From: Adineta vaga
Taxonomy: Eukaryota > Animalia > Rotifera
Reading direction: 5' to 3'
Assembly: GCA_021613535.1 (NCBI GenBank)
Contig: CP075493.1
Location: 4,464,001 to 4,528,000 of the forward strand
Length of the DNA: 64,000 nt
The notes under the pieces are model-generated. The model made no database searches. It saw only the letters and a list, made by a program, of their open reading frames with translations, and was not told the DNA's origin. The position numbers were made by a program, and so were the translations under genes. The stretch's first letter is position 1. Each line of letters opens with the position of its first letter. Shown piece after piece: positions 12,801 through 23,587 of this stretch.

Positions 12801-15800
12801 CTGTCTTCGAAATCATACGCCTAATTATATTTTTATTATCCTGTTTTACTATAAAAATAACAGACACATCTAATACTCTTCGTAGTTTCTGAAATATCTC
12901 CGTTTATCATAATAAGACAAACTTCAAATATCGTCTATACTAGCTTCCAATGTACCAGCAGAGCTAGCTACAACTAAAACATTCAATTTCGCTCATCTAA
13001 ACTGAAACACTCTCCTTCTTATTCCCTAGCAAATAATCATCCTTGAAAAATAATCCATCTGTCATTTTTCTCAACATTTCTCTAAGAACATTTAGAAGGA
13101 GGCACTTCATGCAAACATGAATGTTCAAAGAAATCTCAGTTACTCTTCTTGCTCTATAATATTTTCTCGAAAAGCTTTACAAAAACAAAAGTTTGTCCCT
13201 TTCCCGTTCTCCTTAACGTCACCTAAGCAATTTCCACCAGCAAGATTCCCGAATTCTCGATCTAAAAGGCATCGGGAAACATAAAAACACAACATCCATA
13301 GAAAACAAAAGTAGACAAAATTCATCTCCATCATATTACTTTCTAATTCATTCACCTTTTTTCTAATTAAAAATCTAGTCTTCATTATGATTTCCCAGAT
13401 TTAAACCACAAGTTCATTTCTCTAAATTCACAATGGACCTTCGAATAATATAATACGATACAACTCTATCCGAATACCCCAAAATTACAACATCTTTCTC
13501 TCTCTCTGGTTTCACTCATCTTTCGATCATCTTCATCTCTTTTATTTCATTCAGACACTCACTAGACTCTATCTCAACAACAATCAGATCGGAGACAAAG
13601 GTGCACAAGCATTGGTTGAAGGACTCCAAAAGAACGCAGTGAGACAATATCTTCCTCTCTCTCACTCTGCTTTCACTCATCTTTCGATCATCTTCATCGC
13701 TTTTATTTCATTCAGACACTCACAGAACTCGACCTCAACAACAATCAGATCGGAGACAAAGGTGCACAAGCATTGGCTGAAGGACTCCAAAAGAACGCAG
13801 TGAGACAATATCTTCCTCTCTCTCACTCTGCTTTCACTCATCTTTCGATCATCTTCATCGCTTTTATTTCATTCAGACACTCACAGAACTCGACCTCAAC
13901 AACAATCAGATCGGAGACAAAGGTGCACAAGCATTGGCTGAAGGACTCCAAAAGAACACAGTGAGACAACATCTTCCTCTCTCTCACTCTGCTTTCACTC
14001 ATCTTTCGATCGTCTTCATCTCTTTTATTTCATTCAGACACTCACTACACTCTACCTCAACAAGAATCAGATTGAAGACAAAGGTGCACAAGCATTGGCT
14101 GAAGGACTCCAAAAGAACACAGTGAGACAACATCTTCCTCTCTCCCTCACTCACTCTGCTTTCACTCATCTTTCGATCATCTTTCGATCATCTTCATCTC
14201 TTTTATTTCATTCAGACACTCACTAGACTCTACCTCCGCAACAATCAGATCGGAGACAAAGGTGCACAAGCATTGGCTGAAGAACTCCAAAAGAACACAG
14301 TGAGACAACATCTTCCTCTCTCTCTCTCACTCTGCTTTCACTCATCTTTCGATCATCTTCATCGCTTTTATTTCATTCAGACACTCACAGAACTCGACCT
14401 CAACAACAATCAGATCGGAGACAGAGGTGCACAAGCATTGGCTGAAGGACTCCAAAAGAACACAGTGAGACAACATCTTCCTCTCTCTCTCTCTCACTCT
14501 GCTTTCACTCATCTTTCGATCATCTTCATCTCTTTTATTTCATTCAGACACTCACTACACTCTACCTCAACAACAATCAGATCGGATACAAAGGTGCACA
14601 AGCATTGGCTGAAGGACTCCAAAAGAACGCAGTGAGACAACATCTTCCTCTCACTCTCACTCACTCTGCTTTCACTCATCTTTCGATCATCTTCATCTCT
14701 TTTATTTCATTCAGACACTCACTACACTCAACCTCGGCAACAATCAGATCGGAGACAAAGGTGCACAAGCATTGGCTGAAGGACTACAAAAGAACACAGT
14801 GAGACAACATCTTTCTCTCTCTCTCACTCTGCTTTCACTCATATTTCGATCATCTTCATCTCTTTTATTTCATTCAGACACTCACTACACTCTACCTCTT
14901 CAACAATCAGATCGGAGACAAAGGTGCACAAGCATTGGCTGAAGGACTACAAAAGAACACAGTGAGACAACATCTTTCTCTCTCTCTCACTCTGCTTTCA
15001 CTCATATTTCGATCATCTTCATCTCTTTTATTTCATTCAGACACTCACTACACTCTACCTCTTCAACAAGAATCAGATTGAAGACAAAGGTGCACAAGCA
15101 TTGGCTGAAGGACTCCAAAAGAACACAGTGAGACAACATCTTCCTCTCTCCCTCACTCACTCTGCTTTCACTCATCTTTCGATCATCTTTCGATCATCTT
15201 CATCTCTTTTATTTCATTCAGACACTCACTAGACTCTACCTCGGCAACAATCAGATCGGAGACAAAGGTGCACAAGCATTGGCTGAAGGACTACAAAAGA
15301 ACACAGTGAGACAACATCTTTCTCTCTCTCTCACTCTGCTTTCACTCATATTTCGATCATCTTCATCTCTTTTATTTCATTCAGACACTCACTACACTCT
15401 ACCTCTTCAACAATCAGATCGGAGACAAAGGTGCACAAGCATTGGCTGAAGGACTACAAAAGAACACAGTGAGACAACATCTTTCTCTCTCTCTCACTCT
15501 GCTTTCACTCATATTTCGATCATCTTCATCTCTTTTATTTCATTCAGACACTCACTACACTCTACCTCTTCAACAATCAGATCGGAGACAAAGGTGCACA
15601 AGCATTGGCTGAAGGACTACAAAAGAACACAGTGAGACAACATCTTCCTCTCACTCTCACTCACTCTGCTTTCACTCATCTTTCGATCATCTTCATCTCT
15701 TTTATTTCATTCAGACACTCACTACACTCTACCTCTTCAACAATCAGATCGGAGACAAAGGTGCACAAGCATTGGCTGAAGGACTACAAAAGAACACAGT

Positions 15801-16620
15801 GAGACAACATCTTTCTCTCTCTCTCACTCTGCTTTCACTCATATTTCGATCATCTTCATCTCTTTTATTTCATTCAGACACTCACTAGACTCTACCTCTA
15901 CAACAATCAGATCGGAGACAAAGGTGCACAAGCATTGGCTGAAGGACTCCAAAAGAACGCAGTGAGACAACATCTTCTTCTCCCTCACTCACTCTGCTTT
16001 CACTCATCTTTTGATCATCTTCATCTCTTTTATTTCATTCAGACACTCACTACACTCAACCTCTCCGAGAATCAGATCGGAGACAAAGGTGCACAAGCAT
16101 TGGCTGAAGGACTCCAAAAGAACACAGTGAGACAACATCTTCCTCTCTCCCTCACTCACTCTGCTTTCACTCATCTTTCGATCATCTTCATCTCTTTTAT
16201 TTCATTCAGACACTCACTAGACTCCACCTCTCCATCAATCAGATCGGAGAAAAAGGTGCACAAGCATTGGCTGAAGGACTCCAAAAGAACACAGTGAGAC
16301 AACATCTTCCTCTCACTCTGCTTTCACTCATCTTTCGATCATCTTCATCTCTTTTATTTCATTCAGACACTCACAGAACTCCACCTCAGGAGCAATCAGA
16401 TCGGAGAAAAAGGTGCACAAGCATTGGCTGAAGGACTCCAAAAGAACACAATGAGACAACATCTTCCTCTCACTCTGCTTTCACTCATCTTTCGATCATC
16501 TTCATCTCTTTTATTTCATTCAGACACTCACAGAACTCCACCTCAGGAGCAATCAGATCGGAGAAAAAGGTGCACAAGCATTGGCTGAAGGACTCCAAAA
16601 GAACACAGTGAGACAACATC

Positions 16621-16663
<43 letters not shown>

Positions 16664-16815
16664 GCTTTCACTCATCTTTCGATCATCTTCATCTCTTTTA
16701 TTTCATTCAGACACTCACTAGACTCGACCTCTACAACAATCAGATCGGAGACAAAGGTGCACAATATTTGAAAAAAGCAACAAGAAACAATGATAATATA
16801 ACTCTATGTCTTTGA
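9878..16815 (+). CDS. NAD:arginine ADP-ribosyltransferase (R-S-E clade) fused to an RI/NLRC3-type LRR array; exons 9878-10670, 11099-11265, then 20 LRR exons from 13555 to 16815
   Basis: ART motifs IWRG, FSSCT, EKE. A phase-1 intron (10671-11098) and a phase-0 intron (11266-13554) link in frame via an LRR N-cap-like exon (LHSSNWTDDDMEIVAYYLLRDNK) to 84-nt exons TLTxLxLxxNQIGDKGAQALAEGLQKN(T/A). The terminal exon 16711-16815 ends in TGA. Confidence 0.8.
13488..16765 (+). repeat. Tandem array of 20 exon+intron units (~157-187 bp period): 84-nt LRR exon plus 73-103-nt near-identical intron
   Basis: Exon starts 13555, 13716, 13877, 14038, 14216, 14381, 14548, 14715, 14878, 15041, 15222, 15385, 15548, 15715, 15878, 16043, 16210, 16367, 16524, 16711. 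Each follows ttttatttcattcAG; internal exons are followed by GTgaga except exon 18. Confidence 0.97.
16624..16658 (+). repeat. (CT)n microsatellite expansion in the last LRR intron
   Basis: Long ctctct run; the same position holds shorter CT/CA tracts in the other introns. Confidence 0.9.
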
Positions 16816-18441
16816 GACGTGTAGTATTGGTTTCCAATAGTGTACTTATGTATTGAATCAGAAAAACGCAGTGAAAGTATTGAATTTATTGAAAAATACT
16901 GATGAAATTGTTTCTCTATTTGTTAACATTATGAATTGTATGTTAAAAGGTTGATCGTAGAGGAATAGATGAAAACGATTTTATTTTGCAATTTTTGTTT
17001 TGAAGATTTGCTGATTTATTACATGAAGTTAGATCGATTTGAAACATAGAACTGTTGACATTCGAAGTGTGATTTACATGAGATAGATATTACGTAAAGA
17101 ATTTTCAATGGAAGCAGCTGCTTTATACGATTCGTATTATAAGACAAATTAGAGTGTCTATTTCAAATGAATACTGCACAGGCGTATTTCGCCGATCATG
17201 TTGATTGAGTAAGCTCATATCGTGAAGTAAGCGTGTGAAGAGTTCTAGCAAGAGAAATACGACTGTTTGGGTTTTGTTTTGAACAAAGTAATTTAACGAT
17301 TTGCTCCATTATTGTAATACTGATGAGTGACACATTTGAAATGCACTATTTTTCTGAATAAATATCTCGTGTTTGTTCCGATGTGTCACGGATGATCTAT
17401 GGAAAGGCCATTTGTGAATGGTGTCTCTCTGAATAGAACGACATTATTGCTAAGCATAGAATGCAGAGAAACCTATGATCCGAAGTAGACATGAAGAAAT
17501 ATTTGGAATATCTTTTCGACAATTTGCTACTGTTAAAAAATGTTCAGGTGCAGTTTTCATACGATGCATCGCAGGAAATCTATTTGATTTCTGTTCTCTG
17601 ACAAACTGACTTTAAATTATGATGATTGTCCGTGAACTCAAATGCAGTTCGACAAGAAGCGCACCGACAACCAGTCCTTTGAAAGTTGAAATAGAAAAAC
17701 AAGAAATTTTCCTAATACACCGCTATAAGTTACAATTCAAGATCATAATATGATCTTATAGTCAAAATGCTGTTCGTACATTTGGATTGCTTTCCACTAT
17801 ATTGTCAACTTTGTCTCGTCTTGTTGTCTCCGTAAAAACTTCATATAATAATACGAAATCAATCAATACCACTATTTTTCAAATATAGAAGATTATACAA
17901 TCTCGAGCCGATTATGAGAAAGGAGAAATTATCAATACATTTTGATTTCATTACATTGCTGTAATATTCATAACGACAAAAGATTAAGGTTTGGTATTAT
18001 TTTTTTCTAAAGTATTTTGATACAATCATAAATATTCTAATCATCAAATAGATTATTCTTTCTTTTTCGCATAATAAAAACGTTTCTATCAAATTTGATT
18101 AATGTCTTTTCTTTTTCTCAAATAACAACCATATCGTCAAGGTTAAAATTTATTCTATCACATACTTGTTGGAAAAAAAAGAGAAAAAAATGTTTTGTGT
18201 TTTTTTATTCTCTTGAGAAAAATTTCTTGTTCTTCTCCTAAGTTGCTTTGTATGCAACGTCATGACTGTCTTCCTTTCTTTTTCTATTCGTTCTATTTAA
18301 AGAAAGAAAAAGGAAAAGAATTGAATGGCATACCAAATAAAATAAACTGTACACTTGAAAAACAACAAAGGTAAGAAATCTACCGCTCTCATAGTTAATC
18401 AATAAATAACAAATACACAATTCTAACTAAATCTTCAGATT

Positions 18442-20724
18442 ATGTCTTCATTTCGACCATATCAATGGACTTATCCACAAAAGACTGGAACTGGATTTAC
18501 TATTCTTCCTCGTTTTCCCACTTCAAATACTGATATCGAACAATATTTTTTACAATTAGCAACTCGATTGAAAAATTTTGATATTATCATCAATCATAAT
18601 TTACCATTTCTTTTACATGGACATTTAAAAGAATCGATTCATAGAGTACATAAATTACAATTACATGTTATACATAGATATATAAATAATATCGAACGAT
18701 TTTTAAGAATAATTAATGATAATTCGAATGGTTCACTGAATAGAAAACAACGATATGAAATCGAAAGAGAATTGAATAGTGTTATTAATGATTTAACTCA
18801 ACTATTAGAAAATATACAAACAAAAGCACGATTCATTAATGACTTAGTCGGACAAAATTTCATATATTTAAATGCGGGTCAATACAATTTCAATGAAATT
18901 AACGATGTAGAAATGTTAAAATATCTGTTAATGAAAGATTATAATAATGATCGTATTCTTTGTTCGAATGATATATTAAATAGTAATCATCAATCACAAT
19001 TAAAGATATTAATTCATGAACTTGTTGAAGAACGTAAGAGAAAACCAAATCTACGACTTGTCTATGCTGATTTTTCTAATTCCTTATTCAAATTACATGA
19101 TTTTATCGTACTACCATTCCGAACAAACTCGATTGAAAAACGTCTATTCGTACCAGTGACTAATAATGACACAGTACAGATTCTTTTACTCGGTGAGAGT
19201 GGAATCGGAAAATCCACATTTATCAATGCTTTTATCAACTATCTGACATTTGAAACACTTGAACGAGCACAATCAAAAACACCCGCTGTTGTTATTCCAG
19301 TTGAATTTATGATTACAGTGGGTGATCATTTCGAAGAACATCGAATCAAATTTGGTGAAAATAATGATTCCATGAATGAAGATTTCCATCATCCTGGACA
19401 CTCGGTAACACAACGTTGTAAATCCTATGTATTCAATCTTGGATCGAAAGATAAAAGAAAATTACGTATTATTGATACGCCAGGTTTTGGAGATACGCGT
19501 GGTATTGATCAAGATGAACAAAATATGCAACATATTTTAGAATATATTCATGATTTAACACATTTAAATGCTGTATGTTTTCTTCTTAAACCAAATGTAT
19601 CACGAATAAGTAGTTTTTTCTCATCTTGTCTCAATCAATTATTCGAATTAATGGGATCGAATTTTCATCAAAATATTATCTTTTGTTTCACCAATGCTCG
19701 ATCAACTTTTTACACACCAGGAGATACAGCACCTTTATTAAAAAATATTCTTCATGCACATCCTGTAAAACATATTCCATTCAATAAAGAAAATACATTC
19801 TGTTTTGATAATGAAGCATTTCGTTATCTAGTTGCTTTACAAAATAAAATTCATTTTACCAAAGAAGAACAACAAGAATATGAAACGAGCTGGTTAAAAT
19901 CAGTACAAGAATCTGATCGATTACTTCAATACATTCGTACACAATTGTCAAGTTATCCATTAGATGATACTCAACAATCCATTCAGCATGCTCGAATTGA
20001 AATTCATCAAATGATTCGTCCGATCTTAGAAGCAATGCGAAATCTTCTTCGAAATCGAATTCTATGGAATAGTAGTACTTCGACTAGATTGATTAAATTA
20101 TGTCCACAAGTTATTCAACGGTCAAGTGCATTTTGTAGATCCTGTAAACGAGATGCTTTCCATATAGGTCATTTTTGGATTCTGCCAGACGATGCACATG
20201 AATTTCGAAATAAGAAATGTTTAACATGTTCATGTGCTTTCGATCAACATATCATCATCGATTATATTCTTGGTTATGATACGATGGATTCATCTTTGAA
20301 TGATAACCAACTAGACAAAATCAATGATCTTCTTGAAATATTATGTGCAACTAGCGTGAATTTTGCTCTTTTTCTCAGGGATATGACTCGTTCAGGGAAA
20401 GAAGATCCATTTCTTATTGGTTTAAAACGTCTTCTTCACGAAGAACAACAAATTTGTACAGTTCATCATGAATCAAATCAATACAATTTACAATTAGTCG
20501 AAGAATTGAAAACACTTCTGATTTCTCACGACGAACAAATGACAAAGTTGAAATCGAGAGATTTATCATTTATTTATCAAAAAATCAAAACAACTAAGCA
20601 ATATTCAACTATTCAGGAACAAATGACGGCCATTCATCAACATAGAAGAAAATATAAAAATCAATGTTATGAATTTGAAATTATGAATAATTCGCTTCAT
20701 CGAAAAGCCTTCTCGTTCGCATAA
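18442..20724 (+). CDS. P-loop GTPase (TRAFAC class, septin/AIG1-like G domain) with Cys/His-rich C-terminal region, intronless
   Basis: G1 GESGIGKST, G2 SVTQ, G3 IIDTPGFGD, FCFTN, CFDNE; C-terminal CRSC...H...CLTCSC...H. Confidence 0.85.
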   Translation: MSSFRPYQWTYPQKTGTGFTILPRFPTSNTDIEQYFLQLATRLKNFDIIINHNLPFLLHGHLKESIHRVHKLQLHVIHRYINNIERFLRIINDNSNGSLNRKQRYEIERELNSVINDLTQLLENIQTKARFINDLVGQNFIYLNAGQYNFNEINDVEMLKYLLMKDYNNDRILCSNDILNSNHQSQLKILIHELVEERKRKPNLRLVYADFSNSLFKLHDFIVLPFRTNSIEKRLFVPVTNNDTVQILLLGESGIGKSTFINAFINYLTFETLERAQSKTPAVVIPVEFMITVGDHFEEHRIKFGENNDSMNEDFHHPGHSVTQRCKSYVFNLGSKDKRKLRIIDTPGFGDTRGIDQDEQNMQHILEYIHDLTHLNAVCFLLKPNVSRISSFFSSCLNQLFELMGSNFHQNIIFCFTNARSTFYTPGDTAPLLKNILHAHPVKHIPFNKENTFCFDNEAFRYLVALQNKIHFTKEEQQEYETSWLKSVQESDRLLQYIRTQLSSYPLDDTQQSIQHARIEIHQMIRPILEAMRNLLRNRILWNSSTSTRLIKLCPQVIQRSSAFCRSCKRDAFHIGHFWILPDDAHEFRNKKCLTCSCAFDQHIIIDYILGYDTMDSSLNDNQLDKINDLLEILCATSVNFALFLRDMTRSGKEDPFLIGLKRLLHEEQQICTVHHESNQYNLQLVEELKTLLISHDEQMTKLKSRDLSFIYQKIKTTKQYSTIQEQMTAIHQHRRKYKNQCYEFEIMNNSLHRKAFSFA

Positions 20725-21034
20725 TGTTTTCTATTTTTCGATAAATGATTGTTTTGCGTATCAAGAAAATAATTCTATTGCTTGATGTTTTTTAAACATT
20801 CAATTACCAACTATTTTTCTCGTCGAACAAGAAAAGAAAAGAATTTGTTGTTCTTTTACAAAACAAAATGAAGAAGTAGTTTTACATCAATTCTTCTAAA
20901 AACAAAACATGTGCTAAAGAGACTCCCTCGAAAGAATGAAATTTCATGATAATATAAATAAATAGACTTTATCGTCCAACAGCAGCGAAAAACAAAACGA
21001 ATCGTCTTTTTTGTTTTCCATCTCTTATACGTCA

Positions 21035-21650
21035 ATGAAATATACAATTACACGACAATTCTCATTTACTAATGAAAAATTTCGAATTATTAGTGATTCA
21101 AAAACAATTTGTACAGTGAAAGCAACACCATCTAAAGACTTTCAAGGACATTTCAAGTAAATATATATAAGTATCTCATTCTTATCTAAAACCTCATATC
21201 TTTAATAGTATTAAATTATCCAATCTAACGCAAGAATATACAGGAGAAGATTATTGTCTCGTTGAACCGGATTGTCAACAATCACAAAATTATTTAATCT
21301 ACTCAAAAAATGATGAAAAAAACACGAAAATTCTGTTCGGACAATTACATTGGAAACTCTACAGTTATAATAATTATGAATATACAATAATTATTGGTCA
21401 AAAATTATATAAAGTTCGAAGTTGTGATTTAAAAGATTGTCGTTTAGTTATTGTTGATGCTAATCATTCTTCAAATTTAAATCCATATTCTACGACAAAT
21501 TATCCTGAATTATTATATCAAGTTATTGATACATTTTCAAAGGCAAATAAAAAATTTCATGTAACTATTCATGAGAGAGAATGGTCATTGGGTTATCTAG
21601 CGATTACGATTTTACTTGATCTTCATGAATGTGAACGAAGTACAACATAA
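21035..21650 (+). CDS. ~187-aa protein, possibly LURP-one/Tubby-C/scramblase-like; exons 21035-21156, 21209-21650 (absent from ORF track)
   Basis: Manual translation: MKYTITRQFSFTNEKFRII..., 52-nt GT..AG intron, open frame to TAA at 21650, C-terminal hydrophobic helix LGYLAITILLD. The family call is by pattern only. Confidence 0.65.
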
Positions 21651-21802
21651 CGACTATTGAACTCATAGAAAAGTGTTTCTTTGTATAAAAATAAATGAAT
21701 TTAGAGATATGTGAAAAGATAACACGACTAAGAAAAAAGAGTATTTTATCAACGCTTGTTTTATCTGTTTCTTACATACATTTACATTTCGATTGTGATA
21801 GA

Positions 21803-23578
21803 ATGAAATTCATTTGTAGTTGGTTAATTGTAATACTTCTGTTGGTGAGACAATCATCAATAGAAGGAAAGAAAGTTTTTGTATCAGATTATGGTGCTTA
21901 TCCAAATGATAATCTTGATGATACGATTGGAATTCAAACAGCTATCAATGAAGCGATTCAAAATGGATATATAAGTGATATTATTTTTGGATTTGGTATT
22001 TATACAATATCATCGACGATTAATATACAAAATGTAGTTAATTTAACAATAACTGGAGAAGGAATAGATCAAACATTTCTTATTGGTTACAATGAAGTCA
22101 CTATATTTGTTGCACAAAAATGTCAAGGATTAAAGTTTACTTCATTTTCAATTGATTATATTCCACTTCCATTTACAGCTGGATATGTTGTTAATGTTGA
22201 TGATAAATTTCTAGATGTACGAGTTGTTCCACCGCATCAAACTGATGTTGGTCGACAAGTTCAAGCTATTCTTCGATATGATCCTGTACAGAAAAGACCT
22301 GCCTTTGGAAATGATACTTATGAAATGTATCAAACACCACCAACAGATAGAAATACAAGTATTGTTGAACCAGAAGTCATACGTTTACCATTGAGTTCAC
22401 CAACACAATTTCGTCAAGGAAATCCAGTTGTTGTTCGATATGCTTTTCGTGGTCATGCTATTTATGGTGAAGATTTAACTGATATTTTAGTCGAATCAAT
22501 TGCAATTTATACATCATGGGGTATGGGTTTTGTTACTCTTAGATCGAGACGTTTACAGGTAAAGAATTATCATGTTCTACCTCGTGATGGTCGTTGGATG
22601 AGTACAATTGTTGATTGTATGCATTTTATTGATACGAGAGAATATGTTTCGATCTCTGATAGTGAATGTCATGCCATGGGTGATGATGGTTTAAATGTTC
22701 ATGCCGTTTTCTTTCTTGTAACGGAAATTATTGATGCGAATACGATTATGATTCAAACAAAAAATTCTGATGTATTTATAAATTTTGATGTTGGAACAAA
22801 TTTAGAATTCAGTGCTAATCAACAACCATTTGTTGTACATGGAAGTGGATTAGTTGCATCGATTTCATCTACGAATTCGAGTGATTCAAGAAAAATTACT
22901 TTTACAAATCCACTTGTTAATATAAATGTCAATGATTGGGCATGTGGTTCCGATACTCCTATATTGACGATACGAAATTTTACAGTAGCAAATAATCGTG
23001 CTCGTGGTGTTCTTTTAGAGACGCGTAATATTGATATTCGACAATCATTGTTCTATCGTACAAGTGGACCTGCCGTTTTAATTCAACCATCAATGTATTG
23101 GCATGAAGGTCCTGAAGCTCGAAATGTCTCATTGATTAGTAATATTTATATGGAAAATAATGAAGGTATTGCGCAAGAAAAAGGTATTATAACTATTTTA
23201 CCTGATCCAATTGATATAGTTCCTGTAATTAATGATATTCGCATTGAATCTTCATCATTCTATCTTGGATTATCCAGTCAAGGACTTTTACAAAGTGATA
23301 ATATGAATAATTTATATCTTACAGGCAATTATATTGCTACAAATCTGTCGACACCATTTATAAGTATTTGTAATAGTCGAAATATATCTGCAACGAATAA
23401 TTGTGTCGTAAACAAGGAAACGAAAATTACAGAATATTATACATTCGATCAAACAAATCCTTGTTCAATGAATTTAAGTAGTTTAATTGATTTACCACCA
23501 TCAGCATTTAATGCATCATTTCCACCACCTGTCATAATGAATAAGAGTTTCTCTTTTCAAAATCAACATTTCAATTAA
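21803..23578 (+). CDS. Secreted right-handed beta-helix glycosidase, GH110 (alpha-1,3-galactosidase)-like, intronless
   Basis: Signal peptide from ATG 21803; VSDYGAYPND...DDT start; DCMHF, MGDDGLNVH (GH110-type acidic motif), NNRARGVLL, WHEG. Confidence 0.8.
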   Translation: MKFICSWLIVILLLVRQSSIEGKKVFVSDYGAYPNDNLDDTIGIQTAINEAIQNGYISDIIFGFGIYTISSTINIQNVVNLTITGEGIDQTFLIGYNEVTIFVAQKCQGLKFTSFSIDYIPLPFTAGYVVNVDDKFLDVRVVPPHQTDVGRQVQAILRYDPVQKRPAFGNDTYEMYQTPPTDRNTSIVEPEVIRLPLSSPTQFRQGNPVVVRYAFRGHAIYGEDLTDILVESIAIYTSWGMGFVTLRSRRLQVKNYHVLPRDGRWMSTIVDCMHFIDTREYVSISDSECHAMGDDGLNVHAVFFLVTEIIDANTIMIQTKNSDVFINFDVGTNLEFSANQQPFVVHGSGLVASISSTNSSDSRKITFTNPLVNINVNDWACGSDTPILTIRNFTVANNRARGVLLETRNIDIRQSLFYRTSGPAVLIQPSMYWHEGPEARNVSLISNIYMENNEGIAQEKGIITILPDPIDIVPVINDIRIESSSFYLGLSSQGLLQSDNMNNLYLTGNYIATNLSTPFISICNSRNISATNNCVVNKETKITEYYTFDQTNPCSMNLSSLIDLPPSAFNASFPPPVIMNKSFSFQNQHFN

Positions 23579-23587
23579 AAGATTTAT

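Noticed and set aside
13612-16297. Repeated 63-120-aa ORFs (MAEGLQKN...) in the ORF track
   Set aside because: Artefacts of reading from TTG through introns into shifted frames; the spliced LRR reading explains them.
13488-16765. CRISPR-like array (constant repeat with short variable segment)
   Set aside because: Units are ~160 bp, the variable part is a few codons within an in-frame LRR exon bounded by AG/GT, no cas genes are present, and the context is eukaryotic.
16816-18440. Possible transposon relic downstream of the LRR array
   Set aside because: No terminal repeats, target-site duplication or transposase/RT fragment could be identified by eye.
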